Positions 12,667 to 24,830 of a stretch of DNA of 64,000 nt are shown here, one piece after another; position 1 is the first letter of the stretch; the number at the start of each line of letters is the position of its first letter. Source of the stretch: Octopus sinensis (lineage: Eukaryota); assembly GCF_006345805.1 (NCBI RefSeq), contig NC_043003.1:115134001-115198000 (forward strand). Reading direction: 5' to 3'. Under the pieces are notes generated by a model, which was not told the origin of the DNA, made no database searches, and was given only the letters and a program-made list of their open reading frames with translations. The position numbers and the translations under genes were made by a program.

Positions 12667-13518
12667 ACTTCCTTCTAGTTATATATAGTGTTCAAAGCAT
12701 CAATAGTGTGATTATGATTTCAAGTGCAGCTCTTGACGAATAGTCATCTTCTTGACAAATATCTTCCACGTATGCTCGCTCAGTGGTTTATGACAAACTT
12801 GATACCATGTTTAGACTGAAGTGGATTTGAAGAATATATTGTGTTTTCTTTTTATAGGGTTTGAGAATACTTATCCTTGTTAAAGTTATATGGTTCAAAT
12901 TTTCTTTGAAATACACTCGCTTTTAGGGGTTCACTGTAGAATGGCAGTTCAGAGACAAACACTGGAGGAATTATTCGGAATCAGTTTAAGACTGCTTAGA
13001 ATATATTGTTGAAAGTGAGGTTGTATGTCATGTTTGGCACATGGCTTCATCCGTAACAAAAATAGTATATGATGGCAATTCGAGAGACACAAAATGTGGC
13101 AGAACTTAGTATACATACATATATACATACATACATACGCACATACATACACACATACATACATACATACATACATGCATACGTATATAAATACTTACAT
13201 ACATTTTATACGTGCATACAAATATTTGTCTATATGTGTGTATGTATACAGGCATATACATACAAAAATATAGACACATAGATACTCACACACATTTGTG
13301 TTTTCTTTTTCAAGCAAATATTTGTACAAGCGTATATATATTACACCTTTGTTTTTGCTCACCCGGTTACATATACATACACATATATATACAAATATAC
13401 ATACCCATATACACACACACATATATATGTATGTATGTATGTATATATACAGATATTATATATAAATATCTATATATCTATATATATATTATATATATAT
13501 ATGCATACATACATATAT

Positions 13519-13568
<50 letters not shown>

Positions 13569-13572
13569 TATA

Positions 13573-13621
<49 letters not shown>

Positions 13622-14377
13622 GTGTATGTATGTATATTTCACGGGGCGAGCAAAACTGGTGCAATCGATCACTGTGTTACTTAAGTTAGACAGATTTATT
13701 TCCTCTGATGCAAATGTCCGCATCACATGAGTAATATTTGTGTGTAATAGGGAAAAATCTCATATTTACAGAAACAACACTTAAATCAATATATCTTATT
13801 CGAAAATAATTCTGCAAAACAAAAACCAGACAAAGACTAACAGACATACAAACACAGAAAAAAATTAAAAAACATATGCATACACACACACATTCATACA
13901 CTCACACACACACACACAAACATATGAATAATTGTGTGCATAGAAAAACTCCAACACAAACGTAAACATAAATACAGATTCATTCGAATAAATATTGAAA
14001 TACATATTTGAAAAGATCTGTGTAATTTAAAAAGTGAATATAACATTTAAATTTTGAAATGGAATCATTGTTTCCATATCAACAACTACACAGCCGTATT
14101 GTGGGTTTTCTACTTATTTTTCAAATTCAATTTTTCATATAAACATTAGCGCTTTATTGTAGAAACAGTTCCTATTAGAGAGAAGCTTTCAGTCGTTCAC
14201 TGGTGTTTCTTGTTTTTTACCTTCGCTGTTATTGTCAGCTTCTGGATTCTAGATGCAGTTATTTGTTTTTACATACGATTTATCCTTCCTCTATCTATTA
14301 GCTAGTGTGTGTTTCTCGTTCTTTTCTCTCTTATTTCGTCTCTCTCTCCTTTTCTCTCCTTCTCTCTCCCTCTCTCT

Positions 14378-14418
<41 letters not shown>

Positions 14419-14560
14419 TTGCCTAATAGTGATTTTATCTCTAACTTAATTTAATTTATATATATATATATATATATTTAAGCATATCTATAATTATGTG
14501 TGCATATATATATATATGTAGATGTATAGTATATCCCCACATATATTTGTATACGTATAC

Positions 14561-14591
<31 letters not shown>

Positions 14592-14596
<5 letters not shown>

Positions 14597-15186
14597 ATGA
14601 CTGCGTTTCTGTGTTTCTGTGTGGGTATTTATGCCTCTCCCCTCATATGTTCATCTATATATTCGCATGTATATATACAAATGTTTGTGTGCTTGCGTGT
14701 GTGTGTGTGTGCTTGCGTGTGAGCGTGTGTTTGTGTGCCGGAGTATGTATTTCTCTGTGTATATAACTTGTATATTATATGTTATTGTAATTAATTTTCT
14801 CCTCTTTATATCGGTATTACTTTTGTTTCTTTCTACTTCCATATAACAATGTTTACTAAAACACCTAATTATTCTATTGTTATTCTTTGCACAGTTCGGT
14901 CAGATCCCCAATTGTATTGCTCCTTTAGGTAAAACAGATCAAAGATAAATAGAATTCTGGGAAAATATATGAGGGCATACGAATAAATATAGAAAGATAA
15001 TATAGATTCACTTCCAGTTTCCCATTACAGAATCTACATTTCCAGGTAAAGGAGGAACACGTTTTTCAATAGAACATCGAAATCGAATACAGCAACCACT
15101 CCAGATATTACTTAATTTTTAATACGTTCATATAACTCCATCGAAATCTGCAGATTTCAAGAGTGCAAGAGGGAAGAGTCGATAAG
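14592..15186 (+). repeat. ~590-bp direct duplication, copy 2
   Basis: Homologous to 7721-8300. Confidence 0.85.
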
Positions 15187-15745
15187 GGACATATGATATT
15201 ACGTTTATTTCATGTTTTACGAATATTTCAACAACTTGCCGTGACAAATCTTATATCATCTCATATATTCCATGTTTCAATTATTATTTAAATCTCATGT
15301 ATATGTATTTATACACCTAATGAAAGAGCAGAAACAGGTTAAGGTTCACTACAGCTTTTTCATATGCGTTTTTATTGATAAACAAACCGATTCCATACTG
15401 AAAAAAAAAGCTTTCTTTAGGTGAAATTAAAACTTAAAATATAAAAGTTGAAATTTGTTTTCGAAAAAGTACAAAATGTGGAATGCGTGTAACCCTCACG
15501 TTTTGACAGCTGTATGTATGCGTGTATGTGTGTATGTATGTATGTATGTATGTATGTATGTATGTATGTATGTATGTATGTATGTGTGTTTGTGTGTGTG
15601 TATGACTATATTGTGTTGTCTTATATATACATATATATGTGCTTTAATTTACCTTTTAAAAGCCAAAGCAATGCAACATTCAGGGAATGATATAATATAA
15701 TTATGCAATATTTTATTGCGTACTTTTTTTAAACTCTTATTTCAA

Positions 15746-15801
15746 TATTTTGGCGTTAGGTCACTATCATCGGGAAATGATAGTGACCTAACGCCAAAAT
15801 A
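15746..15801. repeat. Perfect 25-bp stem hairpin abutting the HHR palindrome
   Basis: tattttggcgttaggtcactatcat-cgggaa-atgatagtgacctaacgccaaaata. Confidence 0.9.
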
Positions 15802-15891
15802 CATCGACGCTTCCTGTCGGCTTTGACACATTTCCTGTGTCCTTATATTTGCGAAGGGGAGGCAAGCACCCCCGCCAGCTAGGACTAGCAA

Positions 15892-15938
15892 CCTGGAGAC
15901 ATGCATGTTTCTGGGTCTTAACCCGTCATCAGTCCAGG
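15892..15938 (-). ncRNA. Minimal type I hammerhead ribozyme (47 nt)
   Basis: Minus strand: cctgga CTGATGA c gggt-taag-accc a GAAAC atgcat GTC tccagg; perfect 6-bp stem I, palindromic stem III, C.A mismatch at the base of stem II. Confidence 0.8.
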
Positions 15939-16057
15939 ATAGCGAGACCTGCTAGAAATTCAATATTTCTAATTACAGTGACCAGTGAATAGATTTCACT
16001 GTAAATATATATATTTGCGAAGGCTAGACAGGTATCTCAACTAGCAGGTCTCGCTAT

Positions 16058-16103
16058 CCTAGACTGATGACGGGCAACACCCAGAAACATGCATGTCTTC
16101 AGG
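16058..16103 (+). ncRNA. Minimal type I hammerhead ribozyme (right-arm copy, weakened stem I)
   Basis: cctaga CTGATGA c gggcaacaccc a GAAAC atgcat GTC ttcagg; predicted cut after C16097. Confidence 0.65.
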
Positions 16104-16365
16104 TTGCTAGTCCTAGCTGGTGGGGATGCTTGCCTCCCCTTTGCAAATATAAAGACACAGGAAATGTGTCTAAGCCGACAGGAGGCGTCGATGCTTCCTA
16201 GGGCTAAATAGCGGTGGTGTCCCTTTACGGGACTGTCACGTTATGTTGACAGTATACAACCACTCTATCGCTCCACCACCGCCCATGTCTCTTTGAGACA
16301 TTTAGAAATTCAATATTTCTAATATATATATATTTATATAAATGTGTGTGTGTGTATATATATAT

Positions 16366-16462
<97 letters not shown>

Positions 16463-16671
16463 AAAGTATATATACAAACATTTATTACTAAATGTGGGGA
16501 ACTCTTTTTCGCCTTTACATATTTCACCAAATAAGCAAATTTTCCCTTTAGATTTGTCACCCTTAACTTTTAGAGTTTGTTTGGAAATTAATGTTCTTAA
16601 GTCCATATTTAATGTTTCCAGAGCTTCAAAGTCTCATTTACAAGAACTGCATTGTATATGTCGTTTCTATT

Positions 16672-16892
16672 AAGGTGGCGATTTGGCAGAAACGTTAGCA
16701 TGTCTGGCGAAATGCTTAGCGGTATTTCGTCTCCCGTTACGTTCTGAATTCAAATTCCGCCGAGGTGGACTCTGTCTTTCATCTTTTCGGGCTCATTAAC
16801 GTAAGTACTAGCTGCGTACTGGGGTCGATCTAATCGAATGGGCTCATCCCCCAAAATTTCGGACCTTGTGCCGAGAATAGAAAAGAAAAGAA
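16672..16892 (+). mobile_element. SINE family A
   Basis: Homologous to 9178-9389 including the ccccaaaatttc..gaaaagaat tail. Confidence 0.8.
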
Positions 16893-17429
16893 TATTTCAT
16901 TTCCCTTCTTTGTCTTATACTGACTCAACTTCTGTAGACTTTTCTAATGTTTTTGTTTAAATGAAGAAATTAAAAATCAGCCTTCTCTATCTATCAAAAG
17001 CTAATCAAACCTGAAAAAGTAAAACAACACAAATTGAACACAAATTGTAGACCCACTTCTCGGAGAATGTAATAAAATAGTCCTACAAAATAACAAACAA
17101 TTTTTGAATAAAAAAAAATACGCATAAACGCATTATATTCTTGAAAATAGAACCTAAAAATCTGTGAGACAACGAAATCAGATTGTTTATAATGATGGAT
17201 AGTGAGGAATATAAGGCAAAAATTAATACTTTGCATAAACACAAAAGCTAATTAAGGAAAATTCAGGAGGCTGACACTGAGATGTGAAAAGTAAAATGGA
17301 ATAAATTACAGCAGCGAAGGGCAAGTGCACGCATCTTATGTTCCACGCATTGAAGGAGAATTCTCTCCAGCATGTACACACACACACACACACACACCAC
17401 ACACACACACACATACATACATATATATA

Positions 17430-17467
<38 letters not shown>

Positions 17468-17486
17468 TTATTCACATGATAATATC

Positions 17487-17532
<46 letters not shown>

Positions 17533-17617
17533 CGTATATACATACATATACACATATATATGTATATAATATATATATACATACGTATATACATACAAAT
17601 ATATACATATGTTTATG

Positions 17618-17654
<37 letters not shown>

Positions 17655-18899
17655 ATAGAACTATATCTGTATATTCTAATTCCGTCTGTCTAGGTGCAAT
17701 TGTACGCACAAATGTACACGCACGCACTCAAACACATACACATACATACGCAATGCCGTTTTACATAAGTATTTGTGCACGAGAAAATTGAATAGATGCC
17801 ATAATGAGAGTCGTTACTGTGCATTAGGCACCGTATGTGAGAAAAGAGAAACGAACAGAGAAGAGAAATATTTTAATAAGATAACTAAAGAAGATTTCGG
17901 ACTCAAGATTCACGTGTCTTGTTCATTAGTGGATTTAGTGTGGAGTAACGAACCTAAGTAGATGACGCTTATTTCAGGAATTAGATTTGCATATCTTCAT
18001 AGATAAGATGAACTGATCCATTTATATATCAAGTTCTGAAGTCTTGGTTCGCTTCTAGAGAATATTTAATATGTCCTAATATCCAAAGATATGCCAATTT
18101 CGTTCACATATATGCTTAGCAAACTGCATTTGGCCTTTTTCTGTTAACATTTTATGTCCTGTCTGTCTTAATATAATTGCAAAAGTTTACCTAACATGGA
18201 TTTTAATGTAGTTAATTCCACAGCTAAAATGTAACTCGACGAACAGATGTACAAGGTTTCGTAAATATGGTTGAGATTATTTTTAGTTTAAATCAAAATG
18301 TTGTTTTCTTATTGCTACAATGGTGAGAAGAAGCCATTTGGATTGAAGTCGAGTGGTTGCCATTATATATGGAATTAATTAAAAAGATTACGTAATATGA
18401 CGAATAGTTTTGTCACCTATATTGCCTACAGTTCATTTAATATCACGTGTGTGTTTTTTATGATAACAATCACTTCGTGATCGTAGATATGCTAATAGTA
18501 GCTAGCATTATTCTCAAGATAACTATCACTATAAATAAACTATTAGATTCCAAACCTCGAGAGGAAACATCTCAAGGCCCTGTAGAATAAAAAACAGTAA
18601 TTTTCTTTATCTATGGCTGATCTAAGTGGAAATTATTTCTTAGAACAGATAAGCAATTCTTTTGATAATCGTTAAGTTTGAAGTAGGTGGAGTAATGTGA
18701 TGTTTGACGTTATGCATATTTATTTTAATTGAGAAGGCGAGTCTTTAGTAGGTCACCTTAAAGACAAGAAATGTGGTATAATCGATAAAGTCTGGCAAAT
18801 ATATTGCAGTAGATATCTACAGATCGAATCTATAATAAGTATACTGGAAGGGAAACTAAGGAAATATACAACAGGTGAAGCTCTGTAACGCGGAACATG

Positions 18900-19260
18900 G
18901 ATGTCGACTTTTCAGAGCAAGATCTATGGTGTCAAAGGGCAGGAAACAAAATTTGTTAATGATACCAACCGGTATGTACACTCCATAGGGCAACAGAAAA
19001 AGAGATTGATCTTTGATTGATCGGAATATGCGCTTCTTATTCGTTTCCTGGTAGAGATATAAGGTTTAGCTAAAACTGCTTCTTTTAGAGGATCCCAAAC
19101 CCATAATTTTCCAAATTCTCGTTTGATTTCTTATTTTCATGAAGAACAGATATCTATTTCGGAGCAAACTCGGTATAAACCCGGGAGTTGAAGCACTACT
19201 GAAGATGGAAGTTAAACTATATATAATTCATATAAACTTGAAGACATGTAATTCAGCTTA
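18900..19260 (+). pseudogene. Highly decayed PLE GIY-YIG 3' end followed by a degenerate HHR-like motif
   Basis: IGQ remnant near 18986, EQI..RYKP near 19145-19185, then ctgaaga (19199) ... gaagac atgt a. Confidence 0.35.
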
Positions 19261-19981
19261 ATTCAGGTTTAAAGCCTCCAGCCACGAAAACGTGGTATAG
19301 ATCGATTCTCGTTGTCAGTATCATTTGCGCCAATACTATACCTTAGACATCGGGCATAGAAAACTCATACCTCATACGACACATCGTATTGTGTGTACTT
19401 GGTCCATATAGATCCAGTGATAAATCTAGATTTGTCGAATGTTTCGAGACGGCCGACCATCACTATCGAACGACCATTCTAAGTGTAAACTGTCCTAGCC
19501 GTGTTTTCAACAGCTGAATCATTGCATTGACCAGCAGCAAAATGTAAGTGATCGGATTGAATATTAACCTATAGTGACAACCAAGGATGCTGTTTTATAG
19601 AGAATTCTTGTGGTTGTATGTTTTGTTTAGTGTATCTGATGCAATTGAGACGCAAAACCCACGTGACTGTATTTAAGGATGACGTCAATATTCTGGAAAT
19701 CGAGACATATTAAAATACTGATGTCATAAATCTTGGTAATGAGGATGTACCATACGGATGACATCTCTCTAAGCTTACATTTCAATACACAGGTGAATAA
19801 TTCTACACTTGTCTGCGTCTGGTGCTGGAAATAGGTTCCAGTTATGCTTCTGTCGACTAGATACAGTTCACTTGTGCATTGTGTGAGTGGATTGATCATT
19901 GTCACTGTTTGTTTCATGAGTCATCATTAGCAAAACAATGGTGAGAGCGTCCGTGAAGAACGCTATTTCCTATCCTATCCG

Positions 19982-20402
19982 AAGGCGGCGAGCTGGCAGA
20001 AACGTTAGCACGCCGGGCGAAATGCTTAGCGGTATTTCGTCTGCGTTACGTTGTGAGTTCAAATTCCGCCGAGGTCGACTTTGCCTTTCATCCTTTCGGG
20101 GTCGATAAATTAAGTACCAGTTACGCACTGGGGTCGATGTAATCGACTTAATACCTATGTCTGTCCTTGTTTGTCCCCTCTGTGTTTAGCCCCTTGTGGG
20201 TAATAAAGAAATAGGTATTTCGTCTGTTGTTACGTGCATCTTGAGTCCGAAATTCCGCCAAGATCCTTTGCCTTTCATCCTTTCGGGGTCGATAAATTAA
20301 GTACCAGTTACGCTCTGGGGTCGATGTAATCGACTTAGTCCTTTTGTCTGTCCTTGTTTGTCCCCTCTATGTTTAGCCATTTGTGGGCAGTAAAGAAATA
20401 TA
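19982..20402 (+). mobile_element. SINE family A: full unit plus 5'-truncated tandem second unit
   Basis: Unit 1 ~19982-20214, unit 2 restarts at ggtatttcgtctg ~20215; flanks tatcctatccg / tatcctatgcg. Confidence 0.85.
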
Positions 20403-21969
20403 TATCCTATGCGCCATATAAGATTCGTCTGTCAAATTTGGAGCGAGTTTCTTTGACCATCTTGTGGTCAGGTTCGCTTTTACCAACTAAAATAAGAGAT
20501 CGGCACATGTGGCTCCGAGAAACGTGAGTGAAAATAAGTAATACTACACTGGATCTGCATAATATTCAGACACTCTTTGATGGTGAGTAGTCACCATTTG
20601 ATCGTTCTATTTGCCTGAATTGCGAATAATATTAAACAATATTTGGTATCGTCTCTGGAATATTGTAAGGCGATAAGAGTCCATCATTATTCGAGTAATG
20701 TGCCATAGAGAAAGTCAAAGTTCACATTCTTTAGAGAATTAGTGTCTAATAATGGTAGCGTTTATCGAGATATTTCAGGCATGGGGTGAAGCAATTCCCC
20801 AATTATTTTCTGTAAGAGTGTCAACTCAATGATTATAACAGACATTGGAATGTTGTGCCTAAATTAGCAAAAGGCATTTAGAACAAATTTCTGAAGGGTC
20901 AGAGGAGTCGATGGCCAACAGGTTCGCCTCAACATACAATGGAAACATCAAGAGAAGTTACCAGGCGTCACACGGTGCAAAGATATTGAGTTATGTCTAA
21001 CAACTGTTTACGACTTCACCGCGGATTCGGCTGTGAACTGGGTTCGTGAATTTTCCTTCTAATTCTTTTTTCCAAATTTTTCTGAGGAAAAAGAGGAGCT
21101 GGTAGCTTTGGGGATGGTGGTGATAGGGACGATTAAGTTGAAAGAAGTCGGGACCAGATTATTCTCTGCGGTAAAATTTTTGTCAACTTTCACAGTTCTA
21201 ATTTAAAAGAAAATTATGAAAATTCCACACCACATTAACTTCCAAAACCTTTGAAACCTGTCCTCACATACGATTCAATGGTCTCAAAATGACCTGTCAC
21301 TGTTTATGTCAAGAATTTCCTTGCCACTTGCTGTGAAATTCTTTTTCTCAATTCTATAGGTTGATTTTCATTCCAATTCTAATGCTAGAATAAGTATGTT
21401 TCAGAAAAATTCTGGAGTAATTATTGAACAGAACTATAATACCGGGTTTTCATATTTTTCCATTTGAAAATAGATGTTACCAAACCAGTAAAACTTTCTA
21501 TGTTGAGCAAAAGTGATTTGCAAAGAATCTAATAATACGCATAAAATAACTGTTCATATCATCACATTTTTAGATTTACATATCATCCTATTGAAAACAT
21601 TTCATAATTTTTATCAAAATATTTTAATTAATGATACAGAAAATGCATCCTAAACGAATGCTCAGAAACGCCTAATCTTAATAACCACACGCAATGAATC
21701 AATAAGACAATTTATATACTCAATGAATCTATTTAGACATATATGCATAAAATCACAATATATAATTTCCCAATAATAAATAATCAAATCATTTTGGCAA
21801 TCTACTACATCGATACGAAAATATTGAAATCATTTAAAAACATCAATAAAAGCAGCTATATTTAGTATTTATGGACAAACTCTACACAAAATATTCCCAT
21901 TTTATTTCATGAATATTTTTATCTATCTGTCTATATATCTGCATGTCTGCCTTTCAGTCTGCCTTTCTG

Positions 21970-22025
<56 letters not shown>

Positions 22026-22114
22026 TCTTACGCTATATATATATATATATATATATACATACATACACATGTCTCTCTGTATGTCCATCTATCAATCTAT
22101 CTATCTATTTATCG

Positions 22115-22163
<49 letters not shown>

Positions 22164-22276
22164 CCTATCTGTCTATTTATGTCTGTATGTCTCTTTCTCT
22201 CAATACATCTGTCAATCTGTCTCTCAATACATACATACTTATATATATATAGATATATATATATATATATCTATAT

Positions 22277-22310
<34 letters not shown>

Positions 22311-22736
22311 ACCTCTCTCTATCTATTTATTTATCTATTTATCTATGTATCGTTATATCCATCCATCTATGTATATTGTTCTTAAAGACAGGACTAAATC
22401 GCGTTTTAAAATGTTGTTTATTGTTTTAATAGTTTCCAACCAGATTAGTGAATTAAAATCAGAACAATCATTTTCCTCGATACACACTTGCCATACCTTC
22501 ACCATCTGATCTTCAAGAACCAAAATTGATTTGGCATTTGACAATCCGTTTCATTAATTCTGCTCGAATTCTGGTAAGCTTTTCTGTCAAACGATGTTTC
22601 TGTATTTAGGTTTCAACTTCAACGGCAACGTGTTAATTCGTGTTTTGGTCAAATTGCGAAGCTAACTGAAATGTATTCCTGTCTTTTATGAAAAATGCAT
22701 AAAAATAAAACTGTTCCCATCTCTCTTTCTCTCTCT

Positions 22737-22772
<36 letters not shown>

Positions 22773-23596
22773 AAAGGTTTGAAAATGCAATTTAAACGAT
22801 TTTTATTTACTTAACCGGTTTCACTCTTTGGTAAAAGATTGTCAAAAGAAACTTTGAATATTATGGGTTCAAAAAAAGTTTTTTACATAATTGTCACATT
22901 GAATATTATGAATTCAAAAATGTTTTTTATACATAATTGTCACATTACATGTATAAACATAGTATAAAAAAGTTCAATAGTATGATGAGAATATTTGGAA
23001 AAATTGGCAGAAAAGAATAAAACAAATATATTATTGGAAATTTGGTTGCGTTAATTATTGGTTGTCGCCAATTGTCACATTACATGTATATATATACAGT
23101 CTTTGGTAGAAAGGACATGTTAAAGACATACGGAAGTGTAATAGTTTGGTGAGAAAGCTTGTAATATTGACAGAGAAAATTAAAATGGATATTTTAGACA
23201 TCTCAGACTATTTTGAATCGAAGGCGAGAATTTGTTTTTTACTGACCTGTTTGTTTTAGCAGAAAAGTTGGATTGAGAGAAAAAAAGATATGTACCCAGT
23301 TTGGTTTATACTTCCCCTTCAAGCATCAGTGATTTTGGGGTTATTGGGAGGTGAGTATGCGGGTGTGAATAGATGTGTCCGTGTGCCTGGTGGTCAGACA
23401 GCGTCTGTTTGTCACACACATATATATACACACACACACAACAACAATACACACACACATAGTATACACACACACACCACATACACACAACACACACACA
23501 CAGAACACACACACACACAACGCACCCACATATATAATATATACACACAGCACACAAATATAACATGTATTTATATATAATATACACACATATATA

Positions 23597-23628
<32 letters not shown>

Positions 23629-23858
23629 CACACGCACACATATATACATAATATAAATATCACACAAATACACCTAGCATATATATACACATACAATACA
23701 CATACACAGCATGTATATAATACACATACACAATATATGTATGCAATATACATACGCAATACATACATATAATATATATATTATGTATATATATATATAT
23801 TATATATATATATATAATATATATATAATATATATATATAATATATATATATAATATA

Positions 23859-23907
<49 letters not shown>

Positions 23908-23938
23908 ATATATATATATATTATTATATATATATATG

Positions 23939-24470
23939 ATTGAAGCGTGGAAGGTGTTTGTAAGCCATTTAAGAAACACACAAAAGCCGTTCGATTCACT
24001 TCAACATTTACGTTTAATTTCTCAAAATATTTTCGTCGCTAAAATCCGCGACCTGTTCACTGACAAAAATCCGTGCTGTATCTGAGAAAGTAACAGTTAG
24101 TTCGTCATATATTTGTACGTATGTATGTGTGTATGCATGTATACACGCATGTATGCATGTATATATGTATGTATGTATGTACGTACATACGCCTGTGTAT
24201 GTATGTATGTATGTATGTATGTATGTATGTATGTATGTATGTATGTATACATGTATTTGTGTGTATATGCACGCATACACACATACATACGTACATATAT
24301 ATGACGAACTAACTGTTACTTTCTCAGATGCAGCACGGATTTTTGTCAGTGAACAGGTCGCGGATTTTAGCGACGAAAATATTTTGACAAATTAAACCTA
24401 AATGTTGAAGTGAATCGAACGGCTTTTGTGTGATTCTTAAATGGCATACAAACACCTTCCACGCTGCAAT
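23939..24470. mobile_element. Head-to-head palindrome (~198-bp arms, microsatellite spacer) with variant hammerhead motif in each arm
   Basis: 23939-24136 vs 24273-24470 inverted, about 7 mismatches; mirrored peptides visible in the ORF track; left flank (TA)n. Confidence 0.8.
24342..24391 (+). ncRNA. Candidate type I hammerhead with G3:C8 core swap (mirror copy 24018-24067, minus strand)
   Basis: tttgtca GTGAACA g gtcgc-ggatttta-gcgac GAA aatatt T tgacaaa: all stems in exact HHR register, core GUGAACA instead of CUGANGA, UUU site. Confidence 0.65.
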
Positions 24471-24523
24471 TGTTTTCGTTTCAGCACACGATCTCAAATC
24501 AAATCACTTGCTATGCGAGTACA

Positions 24524-24664
<141 letters not shown>

Positions 24665-24830
24665 CAGTTGCGGCCAAAATGTTCAGAACGGCATTGTTTT
24701 CGCCAGAAAAGTAGGTATAAGTTTTTATGAAAGTTGTTTTATATACAATATTAATTGTTATTGTCTGGGATTTTGGTGTAATTTGAGAGGATAATACAAA
24801 AGTTATGGATGATTTAGTGATTTACTGCAA
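24665..24830 (+). mobile_element. Possible Tc1-like left terminus
   Basis: TA|CAGTTGCGGCCAAAA resembles Tc1-type TIR starts; no matching right TIR seen. Confidence 0.4.

Larger units (their letters stand above)
15802..16323. mobile_element. HHR-bearing element: inverted arms 15802-15955 / 16041-16193 plus a 350-nt unit with 21-bp terminal redundancy
   Basis: Arms ~92% complementary; tagaaattcaatatttctaat at 15953-15973 and 16303-16323; right flank (TA)n. Confidence 0.75.
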
